From the NCBI GenBank assembly GCA_034440075.1, contig JAWXBL010000005.1, forward strand, positions 34,678-98,677: a stretch of 64,000 nt of DNA. The letters run 5' to 3'. How positions within the stretch are numbered: position 1 is the stretch's first letter; each line of letters starts with the position of its first letter. The notes below the pieces were generated by a model that saw nothing but the letters and a program-made list of their open reading frames with translations, was not told the origin of the DNA and did no database searches. The DNA is from Cytophagales bacterium (GTDB lineage Bacteria; Bacteroidota; Bacteroidia; Cytophagales; Cyclobacteriaceae). The translations under genes and the position numbers were made by a program. Below, piece after piece: positions 9,332 to 19,802 of the stretch.

Positions 9332-10501
9332 ATGTCAAAACGCGTTATAATCTTGCTGGTGGTTGGCCTTGCGATATCGTCATGCACGAGCAAACTTACA
9401 TCTACCGAGGGGGTTCAGGAGCCATCGCTGAATTGGGAAGCCCTGGCTGGGAACATCATGGAACGATGCAATCTCCAGAAGGGAGAACGGGTAATACTCA
9501 TCGGGCTACCCGGACGCTTTGACCCGCTTGTTCCCCTGTTGGAAAACATGATATTCAAGAGGGGTGGCATCTACCTCGGAACACTCAGCGTAGACACGGT
9601 GAATGTACCTGAAAACTGGAAAACGGACTTCGTCCGTGCTACGGAAGGAAAATCTCGCGAAGATTTGGTGGATCACTTTGGAGACATCGATCTGGGCATC
9701 ATGCTCCCCGGCGCTACACCAGCTCATGTACCGTATGCCGCGATGCAAGAGGTGCTAACCATGGGAAAGGGCCGCACCATTCACTTTCACTGGAGCGGCG
9801 CCTATGACATGCAAGGGCTGCCGATTGAAATAGACCCGCGCGTGGACAAGGTTTACACGAAAGCACTCCTTGAAACAGACTATAATGCACTTGCTTCCAT
9901 CCAGCGCCAATTCGAAGAGGCCGCACGCAGTCAGGAGATTGTAGTAACTACTCCAGCGGGGACCAACATCCGGTTATCCATAGGAGATCGGGCGATGACC
10001 AGGCAGGATGGAAATGCTTCGCTAACCCGCACGCAGTATGCGCAGACACTCATTGATCGGGAGGTTGAATTGCCTGCCGGCGCCATCCGCGTCGCACCGA
10101 TAGAAGAGTCGGTAAACGGCACGATTGCTTTTCCCGACGGTGTCTGGAACGGTCAGCGTGTGCAAGGACTTGTCCTCACATTTATAAATGGAAAGGTTTC
10201 AGACATGAAAGCAACGGCTGGCCTTACCGCCGTCAAAGAGGAGTTAGGCAAGGCCGGCGAGGCGGGTCGATCGTTTCGCGAGATCGCTGTGGGCTTCAAC
10301 CCGCTGTTGGATATTCCCTCAGACAAGACATGGATTCCTTATTACGGCTACGGCGCTGGTGTGGTGCGCTTGTCGCTGGGTGATAATACGGAGTTAGGAG
10401 GGAACGTTTCCGGCGGATACGTGCGTTGGAATTTTTTCACCGATGCCACAGTCATAGTCGGTGGTGACACCTGGATCAAGGATGGAAAACAGATCAGGTA
10501 A
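9332..10501 (+). CDS. M29 aminopeptidase-fold lipoprotein
   Basis: Lipobox (AISSC), VTTPAGTNI, ELPAG, REIAVGFNP and LSLGDN. Start moved to MSKRV. Confidence 0.65.
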   Translation: MSKRVIILLVVGLAISSCTSKLTSTEGVQEPSLNWEALAGNIMERCNLQKGERVILIGLPGRFDPLVPLLENMIFKRGGIYLGTLSVDTVNVPENWKTDFVRATEGKSREDLVDHFGDIDLGIMLPGATPAHVPYAAMQEVLTMGKGRTIHFHWSGAYDMQGLPIEIDPRVDKVYTKALLETDYNALASIQRQFEEAARSQEIVVTTPAGTNIRLSIGDRAMTRQDGNASLTRTQYAQTLIDREVELPAGAIRVAPIEESVNGTIAFPDGVWNGQRVQGLVLTFINGKVSDMKATAGLTAVKEELGKAGEAGRSFREIAVGFNPLLDIPSDKTWIPYYGYGAGVVRLSLGDNTELGGNVSGGYVRWNFFTDATVIVGGDTWIKDGKQIR

Positions 10502-10545
10502 CAAAAGCTTAGAGCCAATCCCTGCAACCATTTATCCCTAAACGC

Positions 10546-11769
10546 ATGCGAATATTTTTTCTCATTTTCCTTTTCTCGTTTACCGTCGCAACGGCGCAAA
10601 AGCGAAAACCCGCTGAGGAAACGTATTATCCGGGCGTTGATGCGGAATGGAAAAAAAGGAATCCTGCGGAGATGGGCCTCCATGCTGAGAAGCTCAAAGA
10701 GGCCATTGCCTTTTGCATTGCCAGCGAGTCGCCGAATCCGCGCAGCATGGAGTTGTCGCACTACCAGAGCTTCGGCAAGGAGCCCTTCGGAACAGGCATT
10801 GGTCCGTTCAAGGATCGTGGGGATGTTTCGGGATTGATCGTGTACAAAGGCTACATCGTAGCCGAGTGGGGAGATCCGTACCGGGTGGACATGAGCCACA
10901 GTGTCACCAAGAGTTTCTTGTCGTCGGTGATTGGCCTTGCAGTCGACAGAGGACTTATCCGCAGTGTTCACGATACGGTGTGGAAATATGTGCCTCCGGT
11001 CTTACCCTATCAACCAAATCAAACGGGTGACAAGGCTGCCATGCTGGGCCAACCGCAATTGCTCACTCCGTTCGAGACGCCTCACAACCGGACGATCACC
11101 TGGGATCACTTGCTCCGCCAGGTGAGCGACTGGGAAGGTACGTTGTGGGGAAAACCGGAGTGGGCTGACCGTCCAGGCCCAAAGCCGGCAGAATGGATGA
11201 CACGGCCGCGCGTTGCGCCGGGCTCGGTGTATGAATACAATGACGTGCGTGTAAATGCACTTGCGCTGGCGGGCTTGTCTGTCTGGAGAAAACCGCTGCC
11301 CCAGGTCCTGAAAGAAAATATCATGGATCCGATCCAGGCGTCGAACACCTGGCGCTGGTACGGATATGAGAATTCCTTTGTCGTGATCGACGGACAGATC
11401 ATGCAGTCGGTGAGTGGAGGCGGACATTGGGGTGGTGGGATGTTTATCAACGCACGTGACATGGCACGCTTTGGATACCTCACCCTGCGTAAAGGGAAAT
11501 GGCGAGACAAGCAACTTCTTTCTGAAAACTGGGTGAGCATGGCAACGACACCAACCTCGGCAGAACGCACCTACGGGTTCATGAATTGGTTCCTGAACAC
11601 AGACAAAAAACTATTGCCCGATGCACCGGCTTCGGCGTTCTACCATCTCGGCAATGGAACCAACGTGGTCTATGTGGATCGCGAGAATGATCTGGTGGTC
11701 GTGGCCCGGTGGATAACATCGAATTCCATGAATGAATTTATTGCTAAAGTTTTAGCAGCCAGACAGTAG
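10546..11769 (+). CDS. Serine hydrolase, beta-lactamase class C family
   Basis: SVTK (SxxK), YEYND and the LARFG-like MARFGYL; signal peptide. Confidence 0.88.
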   Translation: MRIFFLIFLFSFTVATAQKRKPAEETYYPGVDAEWKKRNPAEMGLHAEKLKEAIAFCIASESPNPRSMELSHYQSFGKEPFGTGIGPFKDRGDVSGLIVYKGYIVAEWGDPYRVDMSHSVTKSFLSSVIGLAVDRGLIRSVHDTVWKYVPPVLPYQPNQTGDKAAMLGQPQLLTPFETPHNRTITWDHLLRQVSDWEGTLWGKPEWADRPGPKPAEWMTRPRVAPGSVYEYNDVRVNALALAGLSVWRKPLPQVLKENIMDPIQASNTWRWYGYENSFVVIDGQIMQSVSGGGHWGGGMFINARDMARFGYLTLRKGKWRDKQLLSENWVSMATTPTSAERTYGFMNWFLNTDKKLLPDAPASAFYHLGNGTNVVYVDRENDLVVVARWITSNSMNEFIAKVLAARQ

Positions 11770-11791
11770 GCAACGCATAACCAGTTTCTGA

Positions 11792-13216
11792 ATGGAAAAC
11801 ACCGAATTCCGCGCGCAGGCCCATCGCCTGGTGGACTGGATGGCCGACTACCTCGGGTCCATCAAGGAGTATCCTGTCAAGCCTTCGATACAACCGGGGG
11901 ATATCAAAAAACAACTGCCGACAGCGGCGCCATCTTCCGGGGAATCGTTCGACGATATCTTCAAGGATTTTAAGGATATCATCGTTCCCGGAATGACGCA
12001 CTGGCAGCATCCACAGTTTTATGCATACTTTCCTTCCGGGTCCAGCGAGCCGTCTATTCTGGCGGAAATGTTAGCTACCACACTGGGCGCCCAATGCATG
12101 ATCTGGCTGACCTCGCCGGCAGCCGAAGAGCTGGAGGAGCGGATGATGGAGTGGCTGCGCGAAGCGATTGGTTTGCCATCTGATTTTATCGGTGTCATTC
12201 AGGACAGCAGTTCTTCATCCAATCTTGTGGCGATGCTTACTGCCCGTGAATGGAAATCAAATTTTGAAATTAATAAAGCAGGATTTTCCGGAAAGGAAAA
12301 ATTCCGTGTTTACACGTCTGCTCAGGCTCACTCATCTGTTGATAAGGGTGTGCGCATTGCGGGATTTGGAATTGACAATCTTGTGAAGATTGACACCGAT
12401 GCTGACTATGCGTTGATTCCGGAATTGTTGGAGAACGCCATCCAGGAGGATATTAAGAATGGTTTTGTGCCACTTTGTGTTTTGTCTACAATCGGAACAA
12501 CCAGTTCCACTGCTAATGACCCCATAGAAGCCATAGCCATGATCTGCGGGAAGTATAGTTGCTGGCACCACATTGATGCGTCCTATTCCGGCAGCGCATT
12601 GTTGTTGCCGGAAATGCGTTGGATGAGCAAAGGGGTGGAGCTGGCTGACAGCTTCGTATTCAATCCGCACAAATGGATGTTCACCAATTTTGACTGTTCG
12701 GCATATTTTGTCAAGGATAAGCAGGCATTGGTAAATACGTTTAGCATTATGCCTGAATATCTTAAAACTCCCGAGGATAAGTTGGTCAACAATTATCGCG
12801 ACTGGGGAATACCGCTAGGTCGGAGATTCCGCGCTTTAAAACTATGGTTCGTGTTGAGGAGTTATGGAATAGCAGGATTGCAGCAGCGATTGCGTGATCA
12901 TATTTCGTATGGGCAATGGGTGAAGGATCAAGTGTTGAACGCATCTGGATATGAACTGATGGCGCCGGTGCCATTGAATCTGGTGTGCTTCCGGATTCAT
13001 CCGAAAGGTATCAGTGATGAAAGTGAGTTGGACAGGATCAATGCAGAATTGCTGCAGACTTTGAATGCAACCGGAAAGATTCTGCTTACACAAACCAGAT
13101 TGTCGGGTAAATTTGTAATTCGGTTTGTAGCGGGGCAAACACATGCTTCTATGGAGAGTGTTAAAGAGGGATGGACTATCGTAATGGAGTACGCAGATAG
13201 GTCTCTTCATGGTTGA
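11792..13216 (+). CDS. PLP-dependent aromatic-L-amino-acid decarboxylase (group II)
   Basis: PGMTHWQHP, HIDASY, SFVFNPHKW (PLP lysine) and LGRRFRALKLWFV. Confidence 0.9.
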   Translation: MENTEFRAQAHRLVDWMADYLGSIKEYPVKPSIQPGDIKKQLPTAAPSSGESFDDIFKDFKDIIVPGMTHWQHPQFYAYFPSGSSEPSILAEMLATTLGAQCMIWLTSPAAEELEERMMEWLREAIGLPSDFIGVIQDSSSSSNLVAMLTAREWKSNFEINKAGFSGKEKFRVYTSAQAHSSVDKGVRIAGFGIDNLVKIDTDADYALIPELLENAIQEDIKNGFVPLCVLSTIGTTSSTANDPIEAIAMICGKYSCWHHIDASYSGSALLLPEMRWMSKGVELADSFVFNPHKWMFTNFDCSAYFVKDKQALVNTFSIMPEYLKTPEDKLVNNYRDWGIPLGRRFRALKLWFVLRSYGIAGLQQRLRDHISYGQWVKDQVLNASGYELMAPVPLNLVCFRIHPKGISDESELDRINAELLQTLNATGKILLTQTRLSGKFVIRFVAGQTHASMESVKEGWTIVMEYADRSLHG

Positions 13217-13395
13217 TCCGCTCAATCATTTCAACGACTTTTTTATTTGATTAATATGCAATTTTGGGTAGCTTGAGCATCTGCTTTCTGAACAGAAGCA
13301 GTTTTGGATTGTTTAAAGCATTTTTTAAAGCATTTTTTGTTTTGTCCCACTCGACGAAACCGGTGAGTAATGTATTAACCTAACCCAAAATTACA

Positions 13396-15318
13396 ATGCA
13401 TTTACTTAAGCGAACACTTGGTATGGCGGCAGCCGTGTTGCTAGTCCCCATACTGGCTTTTTCCCAGCAGACACCGGGATCCGAAGCGTACCCCGCTATC
13501 TGTCTTGCGCCGATTCCATTTTTCGATGACTTTGATGACGGCTTCGTAGTTTTCCGTGACGGCACCCGGCTGGATGGAAAAATAAATATCAAGGACTATG
13601 AAAAAAGCGGAGAACGGATCAATCTCACTACCAAGGATGGCAAGAAGCACAAGCTAACCACAGATGCTTTGAAATATTTCGGCCTCAATATCAACATTCC
13701 GAGAAACCAGTCGCCACTCAATCTATATGAATGGAAGAACGAGAAACAAAAGGAGAATAAAGGTGCTGAGCGCGGATTTGTTGTGCTTGCATCAGGAGAT
13801 ACACTGGACGGCAAGATTCACATCGAAGGCCGCTCCTCAGACAGCCCAAGGGCTGAGGGTAATTTCTTTGCCATTGAAACGCTCACATTCACAGATAATA
13901 CCGGGAAAGAAACCGAGTACAAACGTGATCAGATCAAATCATTTGGAAGAATATTGCCCTGGGAATTATCTCCGAATGAAATGTGGGATTGGGGCCGCGG
14001 TGAACTGTTTGGCAAAAGGAAATCAAAGGCCCAGCCTGGATTTGCCATCATGTATGATGGAAGCCGTATAGAGGGAGAGATGCGCCTAGTGATCAAGAAT
14101 AAAATGCAGAGGACCAAAGTGGACAGTGATGGTATGCCTTCAGGATTCGGTGGCAGTGACCCGGCGCCTAAGTCCAAGATCTACAGCGACATGGTAGATG
14201 AAATCTGGGTAATAAAGGAGGGAAAGGACGAAAAGCTTTCCATGGATGATGTGTATGCCTTTGGCGTTTCGGGCATGACGATCAATACGTTGACGAACAA
14301 GGGAAACAGGCTGTACCAACTGGAGGAGATGAACTTCCATGTTGGTAGCGTCACAACGCGGGACGGAAAAAAGTTGGAAGGGTATGTTGCCTTGCGCCCT
14401 TATGATAAGAATTATTATGGAATATACTACGCCGCAAAACCCGACGACCCGATTCAGATTATTCCCATGAAGGATATCACCAATATCACACAGATTATTA
14501 GTATGATTGAAGCTTTTGGAGAAGAGACGGCTGCGCCAAAAAGGAATACCAACATCAATGGATACATCGTGCAGGCAGGAGGTGAAAGAGTTGACGGTAC
14601 GGTGAAACTGGTGGGTGACAACGAATGGTGGGCGAAGTCCATTGAGTTTACGGACAAGGAAGGATATAGTTTTAAGTTTGGCGATGCTGACCCGGGCATA
14701 TCTTATTTTGTTTCCAACAATAGTATGTATATCCAATACGAAGACCTTTTCGTAAGGACAGACCGTGTCGCAGCGCCTTATGCCACCTATCCCGATCCGT
14801 ATCCGGCGAAAGGCTCAAAATTTGGCCAGTTTGCTGCGGGTATGGCCATGCAGGCAGGTTCAATGATGATAGGGGAGATTGCGGGTCAGGCTATGGCCAG
14901 CGCCCAGCGGGGCGGGCTCGACATGTCTGGTGTGACAATCGGCGGTCAGGATGCGAGTGGGATGGGCTCTTCTATACCGATGTATAAGGAAGACGGTTCT
15001 GTCGGTGGATATATTCCAAGGACGAACGCGCAGAATATCATTGGAAGTTCCGTGTCCGGGATGCTGTTGAAAGAAATGCAAAAAGAACAAATCAAGAATG
15101 CGAGAAAGGAAGGACCCCAAAAGAGTAAGAACACGACTAACTGCATTTTTAATATTGAAACCGGAGAGAACGTGTATGCTTCAGCAGGTCTCCAATCTTT
15201 TCTCGAAGGATGTTACGATTACTATAGCCTCAGCAAGGATGAACAAAAGATTCTCCAGGGCAGTATGAAGGATGCCATTGACTTTCTTAACAAGTGCATG
15301 GCTAAAAATAAGAAGTAG
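13396..15318 (+). CDS. Secreted hypothetical protein with five beta-rich repeat modules
   Basis: Signal peptide, five Gx(V/I)xxxxGxxxxG modules and a Gly/Ala/Met-rich C-terminal segment. Confidence 0.7.
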   Translation: MHLLKRTLGMAAAVLLVPILAFSQQTPGSEAYPAICLAPIPFFDDFDDGFVVFRDGTRLDGKINIKDYEKSGERINLTTKDGKKHKLTTDALKYFGLNINIPRNQSPLNLYEWKNEKQKENKGAERGFVVLASGDTLDGKIHIEGRSSDSPRAEGNFFAIETLTFTDNTGKETEYKRDQIKSFGRILPWELSPNEMWDWGRGELFGKRKSKAQPGFAIMYDGSRIEGEMRLVIKNKMQRTKVDSDGMPSGFGGSDPAPKSKIYSDMVDEIWVIKEGKDEKLSMDDVYAFGVSGMTINTLTNKGNRLYQLEEMNFHVGSVTTRDGKKLEGYVALRPYDKNYYGIYYAAKPDDPIQIIPMKDITNITQIISMIEAFGEETAAPKRNTNINGYIVQAGGERVDGTVKLVGDNEWWAKSIEFTDKEGYSFKFGDADPGISYFVSNNSMYIQYEDLFVRTDRVAAPYATYPDPYPAKGSKFGQFAAGMAMQAGSMMIGEIAGQAMASAQRGGLDMSGVTIGGQDASGMGSSIPMYKEDGSVGGYIPRTNAQNIIGSSVSGMLLKEMQKEQIKNARKEGPQKSKNTTNCIFNIETGENVYASAGLQSFLEGCYDYYSLSKDEQKILQGSMKDAIDFLNKCMAKNKK

Positions 15319-15324
15319 TAAAAG

Positions 15325-18138
15325 ATGCACCAGCAAGGGTCAGTAGACCAAGATCAAGCAGCCGCCTGGAAAGGGTGGCTGCTTGTTGTTTTTTCTTTCA
15401 TGAGTTGCGTGTGCGTTGGGCAGCCAAGTTCCATATACAGCAACGACTATATCCCGTTCAAGTACAGCCTTATTTTTGGTGACCTTCCGCAGATGGCACA
15501 TGACGGATCTCCGCTTACCAAACGATTTGCTATGCCTCTGGCTGACTATGGCGATCTTCAATACTACCGGGCTCACTATTCGAATGCGGCAGGGGGGTAT
15601 TATAATGTCCTCGCGTCGCTGTCCAGCCAGGCAGGTGGGCCAGATCCAGAAAAAGACAAGTCGGGTTTAGCTGGCCTATCAACCCGCGCCCTTATTAGAA
15701 CTATCCAGGTGGCTGGCCTCGATGATAAATCCTTCAAGGCATTTACGAGTGTTGCCAACACTGCTGGCATGCTGTATCATACACGCGGCAAATTTTCCAA
15801 AGCTGAAGAAGTGTTTCAGCGGGTTCTTGAGATGCGGGGATCACGATTTGGGAAGACCGGTCGGGAATTTGTCAACAGCCTGCACAATATGGCCGTACTG
15901 AAGAAAGATCTCGGTCAGTACGAAGAGGCGGAAAACATGTTCAACTACCTGGTTCCCACCTTGCGTAAACTTTTCGGAGCAAATTCAATGCAGTATGCTG
16001 TTGTCCTCAATAACAAAGCTATGCTGCTTGCCGAGCTCGGGAGGACCAAAGAGGCGGTAGCACTGTTGGACGAATCTCTCCACGTGGGGAAATCGGTATT
16101 CACTCCTGAGTATATTGATTATGAACGGGTGCTGACGAACCGCGCGCTAATTGATCAGGAGGCAGGGAACCTCGAAAATTCGGAAGCGCTGTACAAGCAG
16201 GTGATGGCCAGCATGGAGAAAAAAGAATTTGAGGATCATCCGGATTACAACAACGTGCTGGTGAATTATGGATCGTTGCTGGTGCAGAAAGGTGATCGCG
16301 GCATGCTTGCTTTTGTTACGGAAATATCTTCCAAGGTGAAAATGCGGTACGGGGAGCAGCATCCGCTTTATGCGAAAGCGCTTGGAAACATCGGCGACTT
16401 CTACGTTGCTGGCAATGATTTTGCAAACGCCCTGCCAGTCTACCAGAAAATTGCAGATATCCAGCTTACGCTCCTTGGGGATAAACATAAGGATTACCTG
16501 AAAACGTTGATGAAGATTGGGATATGCCAGTGGCAACTAAATAATACAGCCGCTGCTGCCTCTCAATTCAAGAGTGCTATATCCCAGTATATGATTCTTG
16601 TTGATCAGCTATTTCCATCGCTTAGCGAATCGGAAAAGGCCAAGTTCTGGGCCTCCTTGCGGCCCAATATTGAAACGTACATCGCCTTTACGCTGGATAA
16701 AAACCAGACGCAAGGGTATAAAGACATCTACGAACTGCAGATGAGGACCAAAGGACTTCTTATCAATTCTACGAACCGTACAAAGGCCGCGATTCTCGAT
16801 TCCCAGGACAGTACGTTAGTATCCCTGTACAATGCGTGGATGGTCCGAAAGGCAACCCTAGCCACCTACTACAGTTCGTCGCTTGAAGACCTCGCAGAGG
16901 ATAAGGTAAATCTACGGAACGAAGAAGCGGAGGCTAACGCACTGGAAAAAAAACTATCTGCCAAGTCTCAAAAGTTCACCGAAGTGTATTCCCAAATCCC
17001 GATTGTTTTTTCCGACGTGGCAGGTGCCTTGCAGTCGAAGCAGGCGGCAGTAGAGATCATCCGGGTACCGTTTGCCTACGGACCGCGTAAGGGGACAGTG
17101 GAGTATGCAGCCTTCGTTGTCAAACCCGGCGCAGCCTTGCCGGAACTCGTGCGAATGCGGGAAGGTGAAAAGCTGGACAAGCAGTTTCTCGCGTTCTACA
17201 AGAATGCGATCAAGGGCAAGCTGGCGGATGTGATGTCATACGGCAATTTTTGGAAGCCGATAGCGGACATGACAGCAGGAGCTGAAACGATTTACGTTTC
17301 CGTTGATGGCGTCTATAACAGCGTCAACCTGAATACGCTCCGCCTAGCTGACCATTCCTACGTGATTGACCATGCGCGGATCGTTCTTGTCCCCAACACC
17401 AAGGTCGTCGCTGTACGAACAAGCACAAAGGATGAGACAACGGACAGACAGGAAGCATTGCTCGTTGGGTCTCCGGAGTTTGGGGATGCAAACGTAATTG
17501 CACCACTTCCGGGAACACGGGCTGAAGTAGAAGCTATCCGTGGAATGCTTGATGCGAATGCAGTTCCCGTTCAGATTCTGACAGGTGCGGATGCATCGGA
17601 AGAAAATTTGAGGGCTGTCAGCGGCCCTTCCGTTCTTCACATTGCTACGCACGGCTACTTTCTGGCAGACGCAGATTTGTCGGGGTCCATGACCATGGGC
17701 GTTCAGGTTTCACGGGCCAAAGACAATCCCCTGTTGCGATCCGGGTTGCTGCTTGCCGGTGCATCCGCTACGTTTTCAAATGAGCCTTCCATGGGAGGAA
17801 CAAATAACGGGTTGCTCAACGCCTATGAGGCGATGAACCTGGATCTGAGCAACACGCAGCTCGTTATTATGAGTGCCTGTGAGACAGGCGCCGGTGAGAT
17901 CGTAAACGGAGAAGGCGTTTATGGGTTGACGCGTGCCTTTCAGGTGGCCGGTGCCCGGCGAATCATCGTCAGCCTATGGAAAGTTGACGACGAAGCAACC
18001 CGGGAGCTCATGACACAATTTTACAAAGAATGGGTGTCCACCCGGGATGTTCAACAAGCGTTCGTGACCGCGCAATTGTCGGTGCGAAAAGGTTATCCGG
18101 ATCCGTACTATTGGGGCGGTTTTGTGCTGGTTAACTAA
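15325..18138 (+). CDS. TPR-CHAT (caspase-like) protease
   Basis: TPRs (NSLHNMAVL, VVLNNKAML) and an intact dyad: LHIATHGYF (His) and IMSACETG (Cys). Ends PYYWGGFVL. Confidence 0.92.
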   Translation: MHQQGSVDQDQAAAWKGWLLVVFSFMSCVCVGQPSSIYSNDYIPFKYSLIFGDLPQMAHDGSPLTKRFAMPLADYGDLQYYRAHYSNAAGGYYNVLASLSSQAGGPDPEKDKSGLAGLSTRALIRTIQVAGLDDKSFKAFTSVANTAGMLYHTRGKFSKAEEVFQRVLEMRGSRFGKTGREFVNSLHNMAVLKKDLGQYEEAENMFNYLVPTLRKLFGANSMQYAVVLNNKAMLLAELGRTKEAVALLDESLHVGKSVFTPEYIDYERVLTNRALIDQEAGNLENSEALYKQVMASMEKKEFEDHPDYNNVLVNYGSLLVQKGDRGMLAFVTEISSKVKMRYGEQHPLYAKALGNIGDFYVAGNDFANALPVYQKIADIQLTLLGDKHKDYLKTLMKIGICQWQLNNTAAAASQFKSAISQYMILVDQLFPSLSESEKAKFWASLRPNIETYIAFTLDKNQTQGYKDIYELQMRTKGLLINSTNRTKAAILDSQDSTLVSLYNAWMVRKATLATYYSSSLEDLAEDKVNLRNEEAEANALEKKLSAKSQKFTEVYSQIPIVFSDVAGALQSKQAAVEIIRVPFAYGPRKGTVEYAAFVVKPGAALPELVRMREGEKLDKQFLAFYKNAIKGKLADVMSYGNFWKPIADMTAGAETIYVSVDGVYNSVNLNTLRLADHSYVIDHARIVLVPNTKVVAVRTSTKDETTDRQEALLVGSPEFGDANVIAPLPGTRAEVEAIRGMLDANAVPVQILTGADASEENLRAVSGPSVLHIATHGYFLADADLSGSMTMGVQVSRAKDNPLLRSGLLLAGASATFSNEPSMGGTNNGLLNAYEAMNLDLSNTQLVIMSACETGAGEIVNGEGVYGLTRAFQVAGARRIIVSLWKVDDEATRELMTQFYKEWVSTRDVQQAFVTAQLSVRKGYPDPYYWGGFVLVN

Positions 18139-18387
18139 ATGGATAACGAAGCCTGCTCAACGTCTCCGTTTTTGACAGGTTTTCCAATTGATACGTTCTT
18201 TTCCTATCCACGGGATCCGGATTCTACGGACTTGCTGAAGAATTTCAATTCGTAAAACAAGGGCAAGTCGTCCAATACTCATGGACCCCAGCTGCAAGCT
18301 CACTGCCTTCAGGCTAATCGGTTCAGACGCGCGGTCAACGTATACTTCGGTCTTTATTCTCTAAATTTAGCTAAAACAGAAATCCGC

Positions 18388-19749
18388 ATGGAAAAGAGCA
18401 AACGCCCCTGGGAAGAACTGGAATCCCTCATGAAAGTAAACCAGCCCGATCAGGTGAAAGACTATCTCAAGTCGATGAAGGCGGAGGATATTGTCCTGAG
18501 CATGAGTCGTCTGCGACGGGAAAAGCAGCTGCGGCTGCTCACGCTGCTTGCGCCGGAGGATGCGGCCGATCTGCTGGAAGACATGCCTGAGTACCAGGCA
18601 GCCGACATCATGGAAGACATGGAGGTGGACAAGGCGGCCGCCATCTTCAATGAGGTGGACAGCGATGAGCAGGCCGATTTGCTCACGGAGATGGAAGAGG
18701 AAGAGGCCGAAGCGATCTTGTTGCAGATGGAACCGGAAGAGGCAGCCAGCGCCCGGAAACTGATCCAGTATGATTCGGATACAGCGGGAGGGATGATGAT
18801 CACCGAGTTCCTGGCGTTTGATGAAAGTCTGACAGTAGGCTACGTGGTGAATCAGCTTCGAGTAAACGCAGAAGAGTATGAAGACTACAACCTTCACTAC
18901 ATCTACGTCACTTCCCACGGCCGGCTGTTGGGTGTCCTTCAGATGCGCGACCTCCTGCTCGCCGCACCAGATACCTCACTTGAAAAGATCGTGCTCCGGG
19001 ATGTGAAATCCGTAGTGGACTCAGAAGAACTGAATGAGCTGATCAGCATTTTTAATCAGTACGACTTTTACGGCATGCCCGTGGTTGACAAAGCTGGGGC
19101 ACTGATGGGGGTTGTGCTTCGAAGGGATGTGTTTGATGCCAGGTCAGAGAAAAACAACATGGAACTGCTGGAAACACAGGGTATCGTAGGAGGAGAGGAG
19201 TTGAGGACAATGCCGGTGTTGTTGCGTTCCAGGCGAAGGCTTTCGTGGCTTACGGTAAACATCCTGCTGAATGTATTGGCTGCCAGTGTCATCGCTTTCC
19301 ATCAGGATGTGTTGAGCTCGGTGATTGCCCTGGCTGTTTTTCTGCCTATTATTTCCGACATGAGCGGCTGTTCCGGCAACCAGGCAGTGGCGGTGAGTTT
19401 GCGTGAATTGTCCCTGGGTGTTGTGCGTCCTTTTGAAGTGATGCGCGTTTGGCTTCAGGAGGTGTCGGTGGGGATGCTCAACGGCCTGGTGCTGGGAGTA
19501 CTTATTGGCGTGGTCGCTTTTCTGTGGAAGGGGAGCATGATTCTCAGCCTCATTGTAGGAGGAGCGCTGATGCTCAACACAATTGTAGCTGTCTCGATTG
19601 GAGGAACCGTTCCGCTGGTTCTCAGGCGGCTTGGTGCGGATCCGGCGCTGGCCTCGGGCCCCATTCTCACCACCATCACCGACATGTTTGGATTTTTTCT
19701 CACCCTTACGTTTGCGAGCATGGCACTTGCAAGATATGGCGCTATCTAG
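18388..19749 (+). CDS. mgtE: Magnesium transporter MgtE
   Basis: Acidic N-domain, CBS pair, DMSGCSGNQA and DPALASGPILTTITD. Confidence 0.95.
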   Translation: MEKSKRPWEELESLMKVNQPDQVKDYLKSMKAEDIVLSMSRLRREKQLRLLTLLAPEDAADLLEDMPEYQAADIMEDMEVDKAAAIFNEVDSDEQADLLTEMEEEEAEAILLQMEPEEAASARKLIQYDSDTAGGMMITEFLAFDESLTVGYVVNQLRVNAEEYEDYNLHYIYVTSHGRLLGVLQMRDLLLAAPDTSLEKIVLRDVKSVVDSEELNELISIFNQYDFYGMPVVDKAGALMGVVLRRDVFDARSEKNNMELLETQGIVGGEELRTMPVLLRSRRRLSWLTVNILLNVLAASVIAFHQDVLSSVIALAVFLPIISDMSGCSGNQAVAVSLRELSLGVVRPFEVMRVWLQEVSVGMLNGLVLGVLIGVVAFLWKGSMILSLIVGGALMLNTIVAVSIGGTVPLVLRRLGADPALASGPILTTITDMFGFFLTLTFASMALARYGAI

Positions 19750-19755
19750 AAATGA

Positions 19756-19782
19756 AAAGGCCGGGAATTTCTCCCGGCCTTT
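19756..19782. terminator. Probable bidirectional intrinsic terminator
   Basis: Perfect 11-bp stem aaaggccggga/tcccggccttt between convergent genes. Confidence 0.8.
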
Positions 19783-19802
19783 CTACGACGTTACCTTGGT
19801 AT

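Noticed and set aside
18139-18387. mgtE leader as an M-box riboswitch or leader peptide
   Set aside because: No recognisable conserved structure by eye. An Rfam search would be needed.
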